Shown piece by piece: positions 1 to 14,643 of a stretch of 64,000 nt of DNA. The position numbers and the translations under genes were made by a program. The notes beneath the pieces are model-generated. The model made no database searches and was not told the origin of the DNA. It worked only from the letters and a program-made list of their open reading frames with translations. This stretch comes from the human T2T-CHM13v2.0 reference genome, Homo sapiens, in assembly GCF_009914755.1 (NCBI RefSeq), contig NC_060933.1; one strand, given 5' to 3'. How positions within the stretch are numbered: position 1 is the stretch's first letter; the number at the start of each line of letters is the position of its first letter.

Positions 1-378
1 TTCTATTTGATTACTTTTAAGATATGTGGTATACCACCTGTATGGCAATCATACAATTTTTCCTCCTTAATTCAATCAAAATAGTAAATTAAGTTACTAG
101 ATCACAGCAGTACTATGTACAGAGAGCCCTGTGAGAACCACCACTCCAAGACTTCCCAATCTTTTTAATTGCCTAATATGAGTCTGATATTAGTAAATAT
201 TAAGACCAATTTGACTGATTTAGAATAAATTAGAACATTTACTTATTTCTAATCATTAAGTACCTCTGTGACTCCCCACTTTTCCTCAAGATAACCAAGT
301 TCAGTTCAGAATTCTTTCCATTCTCCAAGCATCTGGAATACCCAAGCCAGGAGACAAACTCATTTAGAGGAGCTAAAT

Positions 379-1320
379 CAGGTGTTCTTAAATGCTTTCA
401 TGTTGTAGACCTCTTCAGCAGTCTGATGAAGCCTAATGGGAACCTTCTCAGAATAATACTTTTAAATGTATTAAAAAAACAAGATTATTAAGAAAACTAA
501 TATTGAAATACAGTTTTCAGAATATAATAATATATGTGCTTTCTTTATTAAGAAATCAAATAACAAGATCTAGCTGCAGTTCTAATAACTACCATAATTT
601 TGAAGCAGTGATGTGCATAAATATTTTGAGGCTACTGCAATTATTGTGATATGGTATGAAAATGTCTGTGATTCAATAGCGAAGACTTGGAACCAACCCA
701 AATGTCCAACAATGATAGACTGGATTAAGAAAATGTGGCACATATACACCAGGGAATACTATGCAGCCATAAAAAATGATGAGTTCATGTCCTTTGTAGG
801 GACATGGATGAAATTGGAAATCATCATTCTCAGTAAACTATCGCAAGAACAAAAAACCAAACACCGCATATTCTCACTCATAGGTGGGAATTGAACAATG
901 AGATCACATGGACACAGGAAGGGGAATATCACACTCTGGGGACTGTTGTGGGGTGGGGGGAGGGGGGAGGGATAGCATCGGGAGATATACCTAATGCTAG
1001 ATGACGAGTTAGTGGGTGCAGCGCACCAGCATGGCACATGTATACATATGTAACTAACCTACACAATGTGCACATGTACCCTAAAACTTAAAGTATAATT
1101 AAAAAAAAAAAAAGAAAATGTCTGTGATTTTATTTATGATAAAGTTCAATGATGATACTACTGTGGTTTGTTACCTACATTTAAAATGGAAGGAAACATC
1201 AAATTTCAGCTAGAAGTCAGTGAAAATAGACATGTAATTTTGCTTCATTCAAGTTTATGTACTTACGGAGTTTATCCATGGTTTGCTTGAGGTCCTATAG
1301 ATCCCAACTTAAGAACCTCT
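379..1320 (+). mobile_element. MER119-like hAT-Charlie DNA transposon, split by an L1 insertion
   Basis: Begins CAGGTGTTCTTAA and ends TTAAGAACCTCT (terminal inverted repeats). Interior resembles the recalled MER119 consensus on both sides of the L1. Confidence 0.75.
674..1113 (+). mobile_element. 5'-truncated young LINE-1 (L1PA2-type): ORF2 C-terminus, 3'UTR and poly(A)
   Basis: ORF2 tail ...IAKTWNQPKCPTMIDWIKKMWHIY...FSLIGGN*. The 3'UTR has GAG rather than ACA/ACG at the L1HS diagnostic site. Perfect 16-bp TSD GAAAATGTCTGTGATT at 658-673 and 1114-1129. Confidence 0.95.
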
Positions 1321-1329
1321 AGAGTTGAA

Positions 1330-2490
1330 CTTTTTTCATCCTTCCACCTACATTAGAATTCTGATCTCCCTTATTGGAGAAAAGACAAGCAAAATAGAGT
1401 CTGATTTTTCTGTTTCCAATTAGCATTCATCATTCACTCCAGGATGGTGGTCCATATAAGCAAAGCACTTAATTTTTTTAGTTTTACTTTTGTTTCCTCA
1501 GTCTCAAACCATGCTAGACAGTATTTTTCTGATACGTGTTTATCGTTCTGTATCATGCAATTATTTATCCCTGGTTATACCTTTCCTTTATACTTTTTAT
1601 TCATGGTCAATTATAATCTGTGCTAGAGTTCCTCATGCAGTCATACAGTTCTTTTTACAACATCATCCATATGTTCTTCATTGGAATGATACACAAGTTA
1701 TTCTATCAGAATTTCATTTTGTATAAAATATCAATAATAATGGAAGAGCTTACCAATTTGAATCTTGGGAAATAGTTATATACCCTTCCTAAAATCTGGA
1801 ATATGTATCTCCCAATGCCCAGGGTTCTCCCTGACTATGAGAGGGCCACTTTTATTCAAGTGGTCCTCTTATATCACTTTCACATTTCTAAATAATGATT
1901 CTCTAATGTGTTGAATTGGATCAATTATTTTGCTTTCTATCAGAAATTATCAACCAAACAAATCCAACATTTATTCAGTACAATATCTGGAGTACACACC
2001 AGGTAATTCAAGTTCCTCCCTAGTGGATACACAGATAACCAAATCCTCTTATCACTCCTATATCTCACGAAGGGCTAATTGGTGATTGCTGCCGGGCATG
2101 CAGCATATGCCCATGTCTTCCACTAGGTCGGAAATTCTACCTTACACTCCCAGCTTGACATCATCCCAGCTTGTCTCTTGTTACCTTCAGGCAAAATCTT
2201 TCCTGCCATCAATTTTGGATTTATATGTTTTTATAAATGCTTGCTTTCCTGATACTCAGATTAGCTCTGCTTCCTTTAGAAAAAGTTTATTTTCCTTAGA
2301 TTAAGAGACACCCTTCCCATTATAATCATAAGTGGATTTATAATTTTCAAACCTCCTGGAAAGGGCCCAGAAAAATCTAATGCAACAAAATAAGCTGACT
2401 CAATCTAGTGGTCTTCCCAATATGCCATATTGTCTTATCTAAAAGGTGAATGTGGATTTAGTTTACATGGTCTCAAACTATCCAGTGACC
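1330..2490 (-). mobile_element. Possible ancient CR1/L3 LINE remnant
   Basis: Degenerate similarity to antisense CR1/L3, judged by eye only. Confidence 0.3.
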
Positions 2491-2497
2491 TTTTTAG

Positions 2498-2830
<333 letters not shown>

Positions 2831-3226
2831 CCTTTTTTGTAGTTTAAAATGTTTAGTGGCTTTCTCACACTCTGAGATACTTTTAAAGTGTCTGTCTCAA
2901 ATAAAATTATCTTTATTTTTGTTATATATCTTGTATGAGCAAATATTTCCTGAATTTCCAATTCTCTGTGGCTAACCAAGATCACTGGGTGATCTATTTC
3001 CAAGGTCCAGAGGAATATTATACTGTATTTTATTCAGTCTCAGAGAACTACAATTTGCCCACATTACAGTGAGATAATGCAGCATAAACTCTCTACTGGG
3101 AGGCATGGGTTATGTTTAGAGACAAGTGGTTGTAAATTGAAAGAATGAATTATCCAAATATTTGTTTTCTGTTTTTAAATAATCACATCCATGTTATCTC
3201 AAAACATGAATGTAACTGACTGTTAG

Positions 3227-4062
<836 letters not shown>

Positions 4063-5069
4063 TTTTTATTTATATAATCCATGAAATATGAACAGGGTAG
4101 ATTTTTTTCATAGGAGAGCAACTAACATAATTTCTAAGACATTGGGTAATGATCTTCATAGAAAATTAGCATCTAAAATGTCTTAATGTCTATATTCAGG
4201 ATGATTTTTATAAGTCAATCATTAATGAAAATATACATTCATATTTTAAAACTAAACAACAGAGGTGTGATTACTTCTGCACATGTCTGCTTAATCATTT
4301 TTCCTGTAGATATTATTCACTAATAAGTCATCAGTAGGTCTAATAAGAAAAGATTTTAATACTGTTCCAAATTCCACTGATGACTTTTTTTTAACTTATA
4401 AAAGTTATACTATTCTAAGATAAAACAAAGCACATTATATTTAGGCTACTTTCACACACTTTGAATCCACTTTTATTGGCAAATATTCTGATCTAGTTTA
4501 AAGAAATGATATATGAAAATAGTTATTTCTTCCAGGGAAAGCTCGAAACATAACTTAAAAAGTCTTAAATGCTATATTTTCTATCCAATGTGGTTATGGC
4601 TGTCATTATATTAGTAATTTACTGCTGTCTGTAAACCAGAATTAAAAGCATTAATAGCAAAGAGTGATAACCTAAGATACTGAATCTAGCAGCCATACCA
4701 CAAGATCAGAATGTTTGAATCAGCCACATTCACCTGGCTCTACACTAATTTTAGAACGTCATTTCATCTCTACCTGTCATTTGATTACTAATCACACACT
4801 TTTGGTTTAAAGTACACGAAGACTCTTTTTTCCTAAAACCACTGTGTCTTTCTCCTTTAACACAAATTCCTTTCTGACAAGAAAGTAACCAAAACAAGAG
4901 TTGAGGTAGATAGAATATTTTTCAAGTTTACAATGCTCAAACATCATAGAATTTCTATTTCCTCTATTTGTGCCTCTCAGATAACTTGAGTATGATTACA
5001 TTATTCATTTGAAATACAGTTCAATTTACTTCTGTTTGTACCCCAATTTTTCTCCTATGTGTGTTGTTT

Positions 5070-7113
5070 TTATTTATTTATATTGATAACACAAAACATT
5101 AGCATAGCTCCAAAACTTAGAACTATACAAAAGCATATATTTTAATAAGTGTTAAATTAATCCTCTTGCACCCTCTTTATTTCTATCCTTTTCACCCCAT
5201 TCCCACCCACTCACTTTAGGTAATCAACGTCCTTAGTTTCTCATTTATCTTCCCTTTCTTTTTGGTAAATCTTCAGATGCACATATTTTCTCATTTCCCC
5301 TTTTTTCTCATACAAAAGGCAATGGACTATATAGTCTTTTCCACTTTGCCTTTTTCACTTAATCTGAAAATCACTCCACAAAACTTCATAGAGACCTTCC
5401 TCATTCATTTATTTTACAACTGCATAATTCTTCATTGTGTGTGTTTAACATAGTTTAATCTATTTCTAGTGTGTCAGCATTTAGGTCAAGTCCAACATTG
5501 CACAATTATGAATAATATTTAATGAAAAACTTAATATATGTGTTTTCATGTTGTTAAAAGGGTACCTTCAGCGTGAATTCCTAAGAGCAGAATTGCCAGA
5601 TCAAAAGGTAAAGATGTATGTAGTTTATGTTCTTTTTTTAGATATTGCCGAACTCCCCTCCATAAGGATTATACCAATTTGCATTTCCACCTCCAATATG
5701 TGAGAGTGCTTGTTTCCTTATGACCTTAAAAACAGAACGTATTGTTACATGTTTTAATTTTTGCCAATCTGATAGACAAGAAATGATACCTCAATGTATT
5801 ATTATTTTTCATTTTTCTTTTTAAAGTGAGGCTTTCATATGTTGAAGGTCCATTTTATATCTCTTTCAGTATATTGTTCATGTCTTTTGTACATTTTTCT
5901 ATTGGATTTTAGTCTTTTCCTTTCATTTTTAATGATTTCTTATATATTAAGGATATTAACACTTTACTGCCAATATTTTCTCCCTGCTCATCAGTTGTGC
6001 TTTGACTTGTAAACATTTTTAAATAATAAAATTTATTAATAGTTTTTAAAAAACTACATCAGCATTTTGAATCCCAGTTGGTCTTTTCCTTCACACAGGT
6101 AAAACAAGAACGATTCATGTTTTCTTCTGGTACTTACATGATTTTATTTTTTTGTATTTAGATTTGCTATCCACCTGAAATTTATTCTTTTGAATGATGT
6201 GAGTTATAAATCTAATTTTAATTTTTTCCCAATGGCTAACCTGTTGTCCTAAAACCATTTATCTAAAAGTTAATTTTTGCTCTGCTGATTTGAGATGCCA
6301 CCTTTACAATATGTTATAGTTCCAGATGTTCTTGAATCTATTTCTAAACTTTTCATTTTATTCCATTGATCTGTCTGTCTCTTCATGTTTTAATTATAGT
6401 GACTTTGTGGTGTTTTAGTATATAGTAGGACTACTTTTATTGCATAGCTATTCTTTTTAGTGTTTTCCTGGCTATTTATTTTTTCATATAAACTAATATC
6501 AACTTATTAACTATTTTTAAAGCTTATTGATATTTCATAAGGATAGTGTTAAATTAATAAACTAACTTAGGGAGAACTGACATCTTCATGATGAGTCATC
6601 CTTTCCAAGTGCAGGGTAAAGAGGCTCTCAATTTACTCACATATTTTTATGTCTTTCAGGAATCTTTTGAAGATTGCCTTACCCATTTTTGCAAACTTAG
6701 TGCCGAATTCATTTTAAGTATCTAATTTTCTCTGTTGCTATTTAAATGGTTTCTCTAGCATTATGTCATCAAACTGGTTATTGTTTCTGTATCTGAAAAC
6801 TAGTAATTCTGTTATGTTAATTTTATATTCAGTGACTTTACTGAATTATTTTTCTTATTTAAGGACGTTTTACCATTGTTTCTCTAAGTTTTTCCAGGTA
6901 CATGATCATATCACTTGCAAATAGAGATAATTTTACTTCTTCGATTCCAATTCTTTCCCTCTAATTGCCTTTGCTATTACTTCCAGGACAAGGTTAAATT
7001 AAATAGATGGTAGGCATACTTTCCTGTTCCTGCTCTTAGTTGAAGTGTTTTCTCATTAAGTTTTCCCATTAAGAAAGATATGGGCTTTAAGAATAAGTTA
7101 TATATATAAGAAT

Positions 7114-7158
<45 letters not shown>

Positions 7159-9000
7159 GGATTTCATCCAAGAATTTTGAGCATCCAAAGAAATTTGAGC
7201 AACATATGAGATATTCATATGTTTTTTTCTCCTTTGCTCTGTTAACATAGTGTATTATTTGACTGCATTTCCTAATAGTGAACCAAGCTTACATTCCTGA
7301 AATAAATGTCACTTAATCATGTTTCATCAGTTTTTTGTTACAATATTGGGTTCTGTTTGCTCATGCTTTATTAAGTATTTTTACATCAATATTCATACAC
7401 GATATTGGTAATAATTTTCTAATTACATTGTCATTTGCATACTTCGTTCTCAAAAATAATTTTAATACTCTGGAATAAGCTATAGAGCCCTCAAACTATC
7501 TGGTCTTTGAATATTTGGTAGAATTCCCCTGTGAAACTATCTGAGCCTGGTGCTTTCTTGTGAAATAGCCACCTTATAACTTTATTTCTTTGATGTAAAT
7601 TGGTCTCTTTAAATAGAGTGAATTTGTCTCTTTAAATAGAGTAAATTTCTTTAGGAAATTGTTCAGTTCATATAGGTTTCAGCATTTCAATTCAACATTT
7701 ATTTGCATACATGTTGGCAAATGAGTCTCTAATTAGTTTTTTATAATTCTTCTGTTTCAATGATATTTCCCCTTGCCAATTCTTATTTTGAATATTTGTC
7801 CTTTCTCCCTTTTATTCTTCATTAGGTTAGTTAGCAGTTTTTATATTTTGCTATTTTTTTCAAAACGCAGCCAGGCTTTAAGTTATTAATTATATCTACT
7901 TTTATTTATTTTTCTCATTTTTTTCTTTGCTTTACATCTTGACATTTTCTAGGTTTTTCAGTTGGGAATTTAATTTGTTAATTTTCGTTGTTTCAGTTTT
8001 TTAAATAAAAGTGTTTAGGGCTCTGAATTTGCCTCTAGTCACTACTTTAACATATATATTCTTCTATCCTCATCTCCACTTGATTTAGTGTTGCATATGC
8101 ATTTAAGTATATTAAATCCTCATCATCAGTCCTTTAATGAACATCATCTACTCATGCCTTAATGGGATTCTAGTTGATTCTCAAGAAAGGTTCCTGGATA
8201 CAAATTCCTGCACTCTTGCATATCTAAAACACACAAACACACACACACACACACACACACACCAGTGCCGCTCTACTGTTGATGCACTATTTATCTTCTT
8301 TTAACAACAAACATTATGTTTTTGAATATCCAAAGCCAGCCTAGTTCTTTTTTCTTTGTAAGATATTTCATCTTTTCACCTTGTAGCTCTGAGGATTGTT
8401 TTTAATCTTTATCAATTCCAATAGTTTTACTCAGATAGGTCTCAGAGTTAGTAATTATGGGTGAATATTCCCTGAGCTCTTTCAATACGTAGATTCTGAT
8501 CTTTCATTTACAGAAATAAGGTTTTTTAATTATCGTTTTAAATATGAATTTGTTCCATTGTTTTATATATCTCTTTCCAGAGATCTAATTGGATTATTTT
8601 TGCTACATTTTATTTCAAATACTTTCTTAGTCTTTTGAGATTTTTTTATTTTAAAATTTTATTCATTTTTTAGATTTCTTTTTGTTTTTTGTTATCTTGG
8701 TTGTTTTCCTCATTTTCTTCAATGTTCTCCTTAAATTTTCATTTGAATCTTTTATTCCTTAGAGACTTTCTAAATCAGTCTTCATTTTTTTGTGTAACTT
8801 AGACTTCTACGTTTTCCTAAAATCAACTTTTATTTTAGTTCTACTTATTTTGCATTCATTTCTGTTGTTGATGTTTTCATTTCTGTTTCAAAGTGGTTTG
8901 TATTATATTTCATATCCAAAAATGCTTATTTGAGGATATTTCATTTAGTTGCATTTAGTGGATAAAATTTTTGTCATCTGGATTAATTTGATTCTCATTT
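5070..9000 (-). mobile_element. Old L1M (L1ME/MC-type) fragments containing (TA)n ~7099-7155 and (CA)n ~8230-8262
   Basis: T-rich antisense L1 ORF2/3' motifs (e.g. TATACCAATTTGCATTTCCACCTCCAATATGTGAGAGT; GGGAGAACTGACATCTTCATGATGAGTC). Confidence 0.7.
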
Positions 9001-9832
9001 TCTTCTGTATTTTTATGGTGGTGATAGACCATTGAAGACTGCTTGTGCCTCTGCATTTCTGTGTACAGGGCTGGTGGTTTAGGTTTGAATAGGTTTCAGA
9101 GATTTCTAGTTGAAGAATTCTCTCTTATGTCAGGGCAGTAAAATATGGTTGAGAGGGTTTTTGTTGTTGTTGTTGTTGCTGTTGTTTTAAACAGGGCTGT
9201 AGGGTAAGGTGACTTGTCCTTTGCCTTTTTTCTTTTGGCTTCTAAGATTGCAAATGTGCTCTCTTTTTATTTCGATTCAGCATGTAGCTTTGAAAGAATG
9301 CCTGTCTTTTTTAAATTGTTCTCCTCAAATGTTACCTTTCCAAGACTTCCTCTTGACACGCTGTGTACAATTTTACCTTCCTCCTGGTTGTCAGTTTCCT
9401 GATCCAGCAGATCACTTTTTTTTCTCTTTTTATGGTGATGCTTTTAGATCAATATCAGGCCTGCTGCTAAGTCTTCCTTCTCCATTCCAATCAGTTTTTC
9501 ACAGACTGCCCTGGCACTTCACAAGGACTTTGGGAGGAGGACAAGAGATAACTCATAGAGATCTGGTGTTCATTTGTGTAGCTGCAGGTCTTTTGAAGTT
9601 TAGTTGAAGACATTATTTGTCTTCTTGTTATGCTGAGAGCATGAATTTTAGTTCTTCTCATTGTTATTTAGGTGTTGGGGAAGGATATGTTGGGAGATTA
9701 AGATTTACATCATCACTATTACCTTGGTTACCCATCAAATTAAAGTGTTTAATAATATGCCACCACATAAAACATTTCTAATGACACTCAGCTGTGAGAG
9801 CTCTAGTTTTCTACCCTGGTCATAATACTTAC

Positions 9833-9981
9833 CTCAAAACATGATTTTATCTAGTAAGTGGTTGGTGCATACCATTATATCTGATTGACACAGGAAAGCT
9901 GGGTATTCTAGAACCACAGAAGACTGACATGTATTTGAGGGTCATTCCAAAAAGATGCCTGCAACCCCAGCAGTTAACCAG
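9833..9981 (-). other. Candidate internal exon (149 nt) of the minus-strand transcript from the CpG island
   Basis: Acceptor is a long pyrimidine tract ending ...ctcacacttttcaccttcag|CTG; donor GAG|gtaagt; unique non-repeat sequence of typical exon size. Confidence 0.6.
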
Positions 9982-11849
9982 CTGAAGGTGAAAAGTGTGA
10001 GAGAAAAAAGGGAAGCAGAATGTTGAGGAGCAGCTACATAGCACACAGGTGTCCAATGAAAGACTTACTCAGAGTAGAAAATATATTTGGTAGTTACTCT
10101 CTAAAGGCTTTTATGAAAAGATAACCATGGCTTCATGGTTCCTTCTAGACTTCACTACTCTACCTCATGCCTCAGTTCCTTTGTGTTGTCTCTTGTCTCA
10201 CTCTATTAATATTGTGTTATTGGTATCTTTAAAAGAAATTTCATTCCATGAGTGTTAGAGATAGTGGTCTCCATAAAGACAACCAGGAGCAACCAGGACC
10301 AAGTCAAGCAGTGAAGGGGCAAGAATGTACCTTTTCACAAGGTTAGGTACTCTTAGGTCCGCTAAGTACTGACATCGGTCTCTGTGTCTCTTAGGTCAAA
10401 TCATCAAGAGTAAAAATCATATAAAATAACTGATTATTTTTTATTACTGGTTAGGTAATATAATGGTGCAGGCACTGAAAGGTGCTCAACAAATAATTGT
10501 AAATGAGTGAATAATAATCAAAAATTATAAAAATGACCATCAAATGTCATAATCCTCCTACTTGCCAATAGAAAATGCTGCTTTGGAAAGGTATTTTAAA
10601 GCCTACTGTTCTACATCAAACAATAAGTTACTGTTTGGGATCTGAGCCCCATGAAGAAAAGTGTCTTCTCTGGCTTTCTAAGGAACTTGATTTATTAGAA
10701 ATCACATGACCTTTTTGAGAGATGGGTGTTACCTACAAATTGCAAATATGTTTTGCCCCACATGAATCAGCAAAAACCATAGCAATACATTGAAGTAAGA
10801 GTCAAGGGGCAAAAGAGTGGAAGGACCTGGAGATTATTTCCAAAACACAAACCAATGCTTCATTGAAGTAGACATTGCGAATTAACTCAACTGCTTCCCT
10901 TGATTCATCACATTATTATTTTAAAGTTCAGGCACAGGTTATAGGAATAATTTGCTCTAAGAGGGACAAGATTAACTAACAAAAGCAAAGAAGAATTTGA
11001 CTGGCTTATAACAAAGATTGTAGACAAATTGGCTCACTGTCATAATGGCTGAGAAAATGTGATAAAAATTATTGGTCCATATTTTCCAAGAATAAAAGTA
11101 TACTTTCTGCCCTGGAAGCTGTATAACTATATTCACTAGAACCAAGTCCTACTGTATATCTTCCTAGGAATGCAGAAATTATAAAGACACAATCCCAAAC
11201 CTGAAAAATCTGAAAGGGAAGAGCCACATCAGAATCTGGGGAGGCACAAAGAAACCAGGCCATACTACTAAAATATTTCAACCTAGAGAACATATTATCA
11301 TTCTAACTGGAACTTCAAAGAATCAAATGCTCTATGGTGGGGGGCAGAGCGCCAAAGAGTTCCTGTAAATGGAAAAGAAAAATCACAACTATTCCTGGGA
11401 GTCAAGAGATAAAAACCATATTAAATTGGTTAAGAGAATGGATTCTAAATATCATCTATGGAGACTGGTGGAGAGAGAGTAGAGCTGACCATTGGAAGGA
11501 CTAAGCACCAGCCCTGGCTTTTTATGAACTAGCTAAGGGAGTCTGCCAATGTATTCCACCTCTGTGAACTACAGTCTCTATATCTATATTCTATAGATTA
11601 AAAACTTAATGTTCATTGCCTGTAGTTGACACGTTCTCCGCTTTTTTGATATGCTAGCCTTGACATCTAAGAAACAGAATTCATATACTGAAGGATTTGC
11701 TATCTGTGGAAACAAAATAAGAAAACTTACTTCTCTGAGAAAGAAAAAAATATGAAATCAGAAGTGAATGCCCTTGCAAGGAAAAAATTGGCTTTGTCCA
11801 CAGGAATTTACATGAAGCAATTCCATGGAACTGTTTTCTGAGCACAGAG

Positions 11850-11960
11850 AAGCATTATGAAAGCTCAGCCTCTGGACAACAGCTGGGTTTGCATCTCAGC
11901 TCTGCTCTTTCCTCCTAATGTCTTAGACCAGTTTTTGAACTATGCCTCCATCTTTTTCCA
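11850..11960 (+). mobile_element. MIR fragment
   Basis: CTGGGTTTGCATCTCAGCTCTGCT MIR core. Confidence 0.55.
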
Positions 11961-12354
11961 AGTGCAACAAAGCATCTCACATCAGTTTGCAATACAGTAT
12001 TTACAAACAACATGGAATCTGCAATGCCATTAGCCGGACTTGGTTAGGCTAAAAATGCGTACGATTCAGATTCACTTTCCTCTTCTCCATTCCAATTAAT
12101 GGATTTTCATTTATCTTTTATTTTTCTGACACCTAAGATCCAAGACATAAGTGTTCTCTCAAGGTGGTACAGAGTCTATCTCTATGTCTTTTAAAATATA
12201 AATTCTAAACCCAAGACTGTAAATATCAAGGCTTGTGAAATATGTTTAGATGATTACTTAAAGCCAGAAAACATATCTAGTTTAAAAAAATCAATATCCA
12301 TAGAGTATACTATCCATCATCCCCTAAGATGCAACAAATCTAGTGAGGCTCCAG

Positions 12355-12470
12355 CTTCCTTTCTTTCTCCATTCCTTATTTCCTTACTTCCTCCCTCCTC
12401 CTCTCTCCCTCCTTCTATTCCTTTCTTCCTTCCTTCCTCATTTATTTCTTCTTCTCTTTCACCCCTTTGT
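12355..12470. repeat. CT-rich low-complexity tract
   Basis: Polypyrimidine/polypurine (CCTT)-like tract. Confidence 0.8.
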
Positions 12471-13101
12471 TTCGTTCTATAAAACCTCATTGTAATTTCT
12501 GGTGTTTGAAACAGCAGCTCAGTCTGTCTCCTTGTGAATGACTTAATAAAATTTCTCAAATAGCATCTGAACCTAGACACAAGATAAAATTTATCTTCAA
12601 TATACCTCTTCCCTACAGAGAAGAAAATCTAGCTAAGCCTCCCCGTAAGGAAATGAAGTTGTGATGCAATAAACCTGACAAAAAATTAAATAGAGGTTAC
12701 CACAGCAAGGTCTGTCTTCTTCAGAAATAAAAACCTCTTCCATCCAGCTATCCAAAGCAAAGTAAAGGGCTTGGAAGCCAGAAGCATACTGGAGCTTTTC
12801 TGTTCCATTGATCACTGCCACTCTGCTGAGAGATTTTTATGTATTTTATGTACATTCTTTAGTTATGCAATTCAACTGCAAACACCCTGAGGGCTTCAGG
12901 GCAGGACTGTACCTGATAACCAATTTAAAAAAAGATTTCTTCATATAGTGTTTAGCAATAAATCTATTAGAAGCACAAAATATGTTTTTCTCAAACAGGC
13001 CTGTAGAAAGTCATGCACAGACAAAAGACCCTGATACTTACTGAATGGCACTAGAATGCAAGCTCGATAAAATCAGTGATTTTTGTTTTATTCACAGTTC
13101 A

Positions 13102-13625
13102 TGGCAGGTAGACTCCAAGATAGCCCCCAATAACCCCCACCTCCTGGATTCGTGTCCCTGTGTCATCTCTACCCAAGTGTGGATGGACCTTGTGACTAAC
13201 CAACAAAATGTGATAAAGATCATGGAATGTCACTTCCATGATTGGGCTCCATAAAATTGAGACTTTTATCTTGCTATTAGACTCCCTTTCTTTTGCTGGC
13301 TTTCATAAAGCAAGATGCCATGTAAGGCAAGCCCATGCGCCAAGGAACTCAGGGCACCAGGGAACAGCTAGCAAGAAATTGAGTTGAATTAAGCCAACAA
13401 TCACATAGTCGGCTCAGAAGAGGATGCTTTACTAGTCAAGTCTTTGTATGAGACTTTGGCACTAGCTGGATCCTTGATTGTAGCTCCTGAGAGACTCTGC
13501 AGTGGAGAACTCAGCTAAGCCATGCCCAGACTCCTGGCCACAGAAACTCTGAGATAATAAATGTGTATTGTTTTAAGCCACTAAGTTGGTGGTTATTTGT
13601 TACACAGCAATGCACAACTAACACA
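13102..13625 (+). mobile_element. MLT1F-type MaLR LTR inserted in an L2 3' end (L2 at ~13045-13710)
   Basis: Ends GAGATAATAAATGTGTATTGTTTTAAGCCACTAAG...CAACTAACACA. Flanks read as L2 tail (CAGTGCCTGGCTCATAGTAGG). Confidence 0.8.
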
Positions 13626-14598
13626 CTGCTATTTCCTCAATTCCTTGAACAGTGCCTGGCTCATAGTAGGTAGGTAATAAATACAAGTTGCACAAATCAA
13701 TAAATGAAATTAAGTCCTGTCACTGATATAGAGTTACTGAAGGTCAGTAAACTATTCATCACGGTGCTGCAATGTGCAACTAGATGAATAAAGCCAATTT
13801 TTACAACAAGCCTTCTAACAAATTCAATTTCCTAAAAACAAACATGAAGTAAATAAATACAATTTCCCACAATGAACATGTTAAGCAAGCTTTTCAGTCA
13901 TCATATCAGCCTGAAGGTTGACTCATATTTTCTAGGAGAGAACAATAAACTTTATAGTTTAAAACAAAATTGAACTGGAGACCCCTTTTACCCTTCTTGG
14001 CAAAGAAACTGACCAGGAATTCAATTTCATGGTGACAACATTCAGAATATGCATTGCTCTAACCTAAATAGTCCTTTAACCCAGCCTGGCTTGTGCTCTT
14101 TATTCTTTCTGCCTTTATGATTCCTAATTGGGAAATATGCTTCAATCTTCTCACTCACATTCTCAAAAGCATTTGGGTCAGCCTCTTCCCTTCCTCTCAA
14201 GGTTTCTCATTAAATACTCTTGTGATTTGTGGCCTATGAGTCCAACTTCAATTTTAACCAAGGGTAAATTTTAAAAAAATATTTTTAGTTCTCATTACCA
14301 GTTGTGATAATTGCTAGGAAAGAAAGAAGGCTGAGAGAAATGGCAGCAGATGTGATAGGAGCAGTGGGTGCTTAGCATGATGAGAACACCTTTCTGAAAA
14401 TGTGACTTTCAAACTTTGAAATAAAAAACGAAAAGAACCCAAATATACAAAGGGCCAGGATGGGGTTATGGGCGTAGAACAGCATTTCAAGCAAAAGGAA
14501 CAGCACATCAAAAGGCCTGAGAACAAGTGTCTCAGCAGAGTTGATTTTACAAAGTCAGCCATATTGTGAATGTGAAGGACAACTATACATAATCAGGA

Positions 14599-14599
<1 letters not shown>

Positions 14600-14636
<37 letters not shown>

Positions 14637-14643
14637 ACACACA
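14600..14643. repeat. (CA)n microsatellite
   Basis: Seen directly. Confidence 0.95.

Noticed and set aside
7603-7648. 23-bp tandem duplication in old L1
   Set aside because: Ordinary slippage duplication with no further signal.
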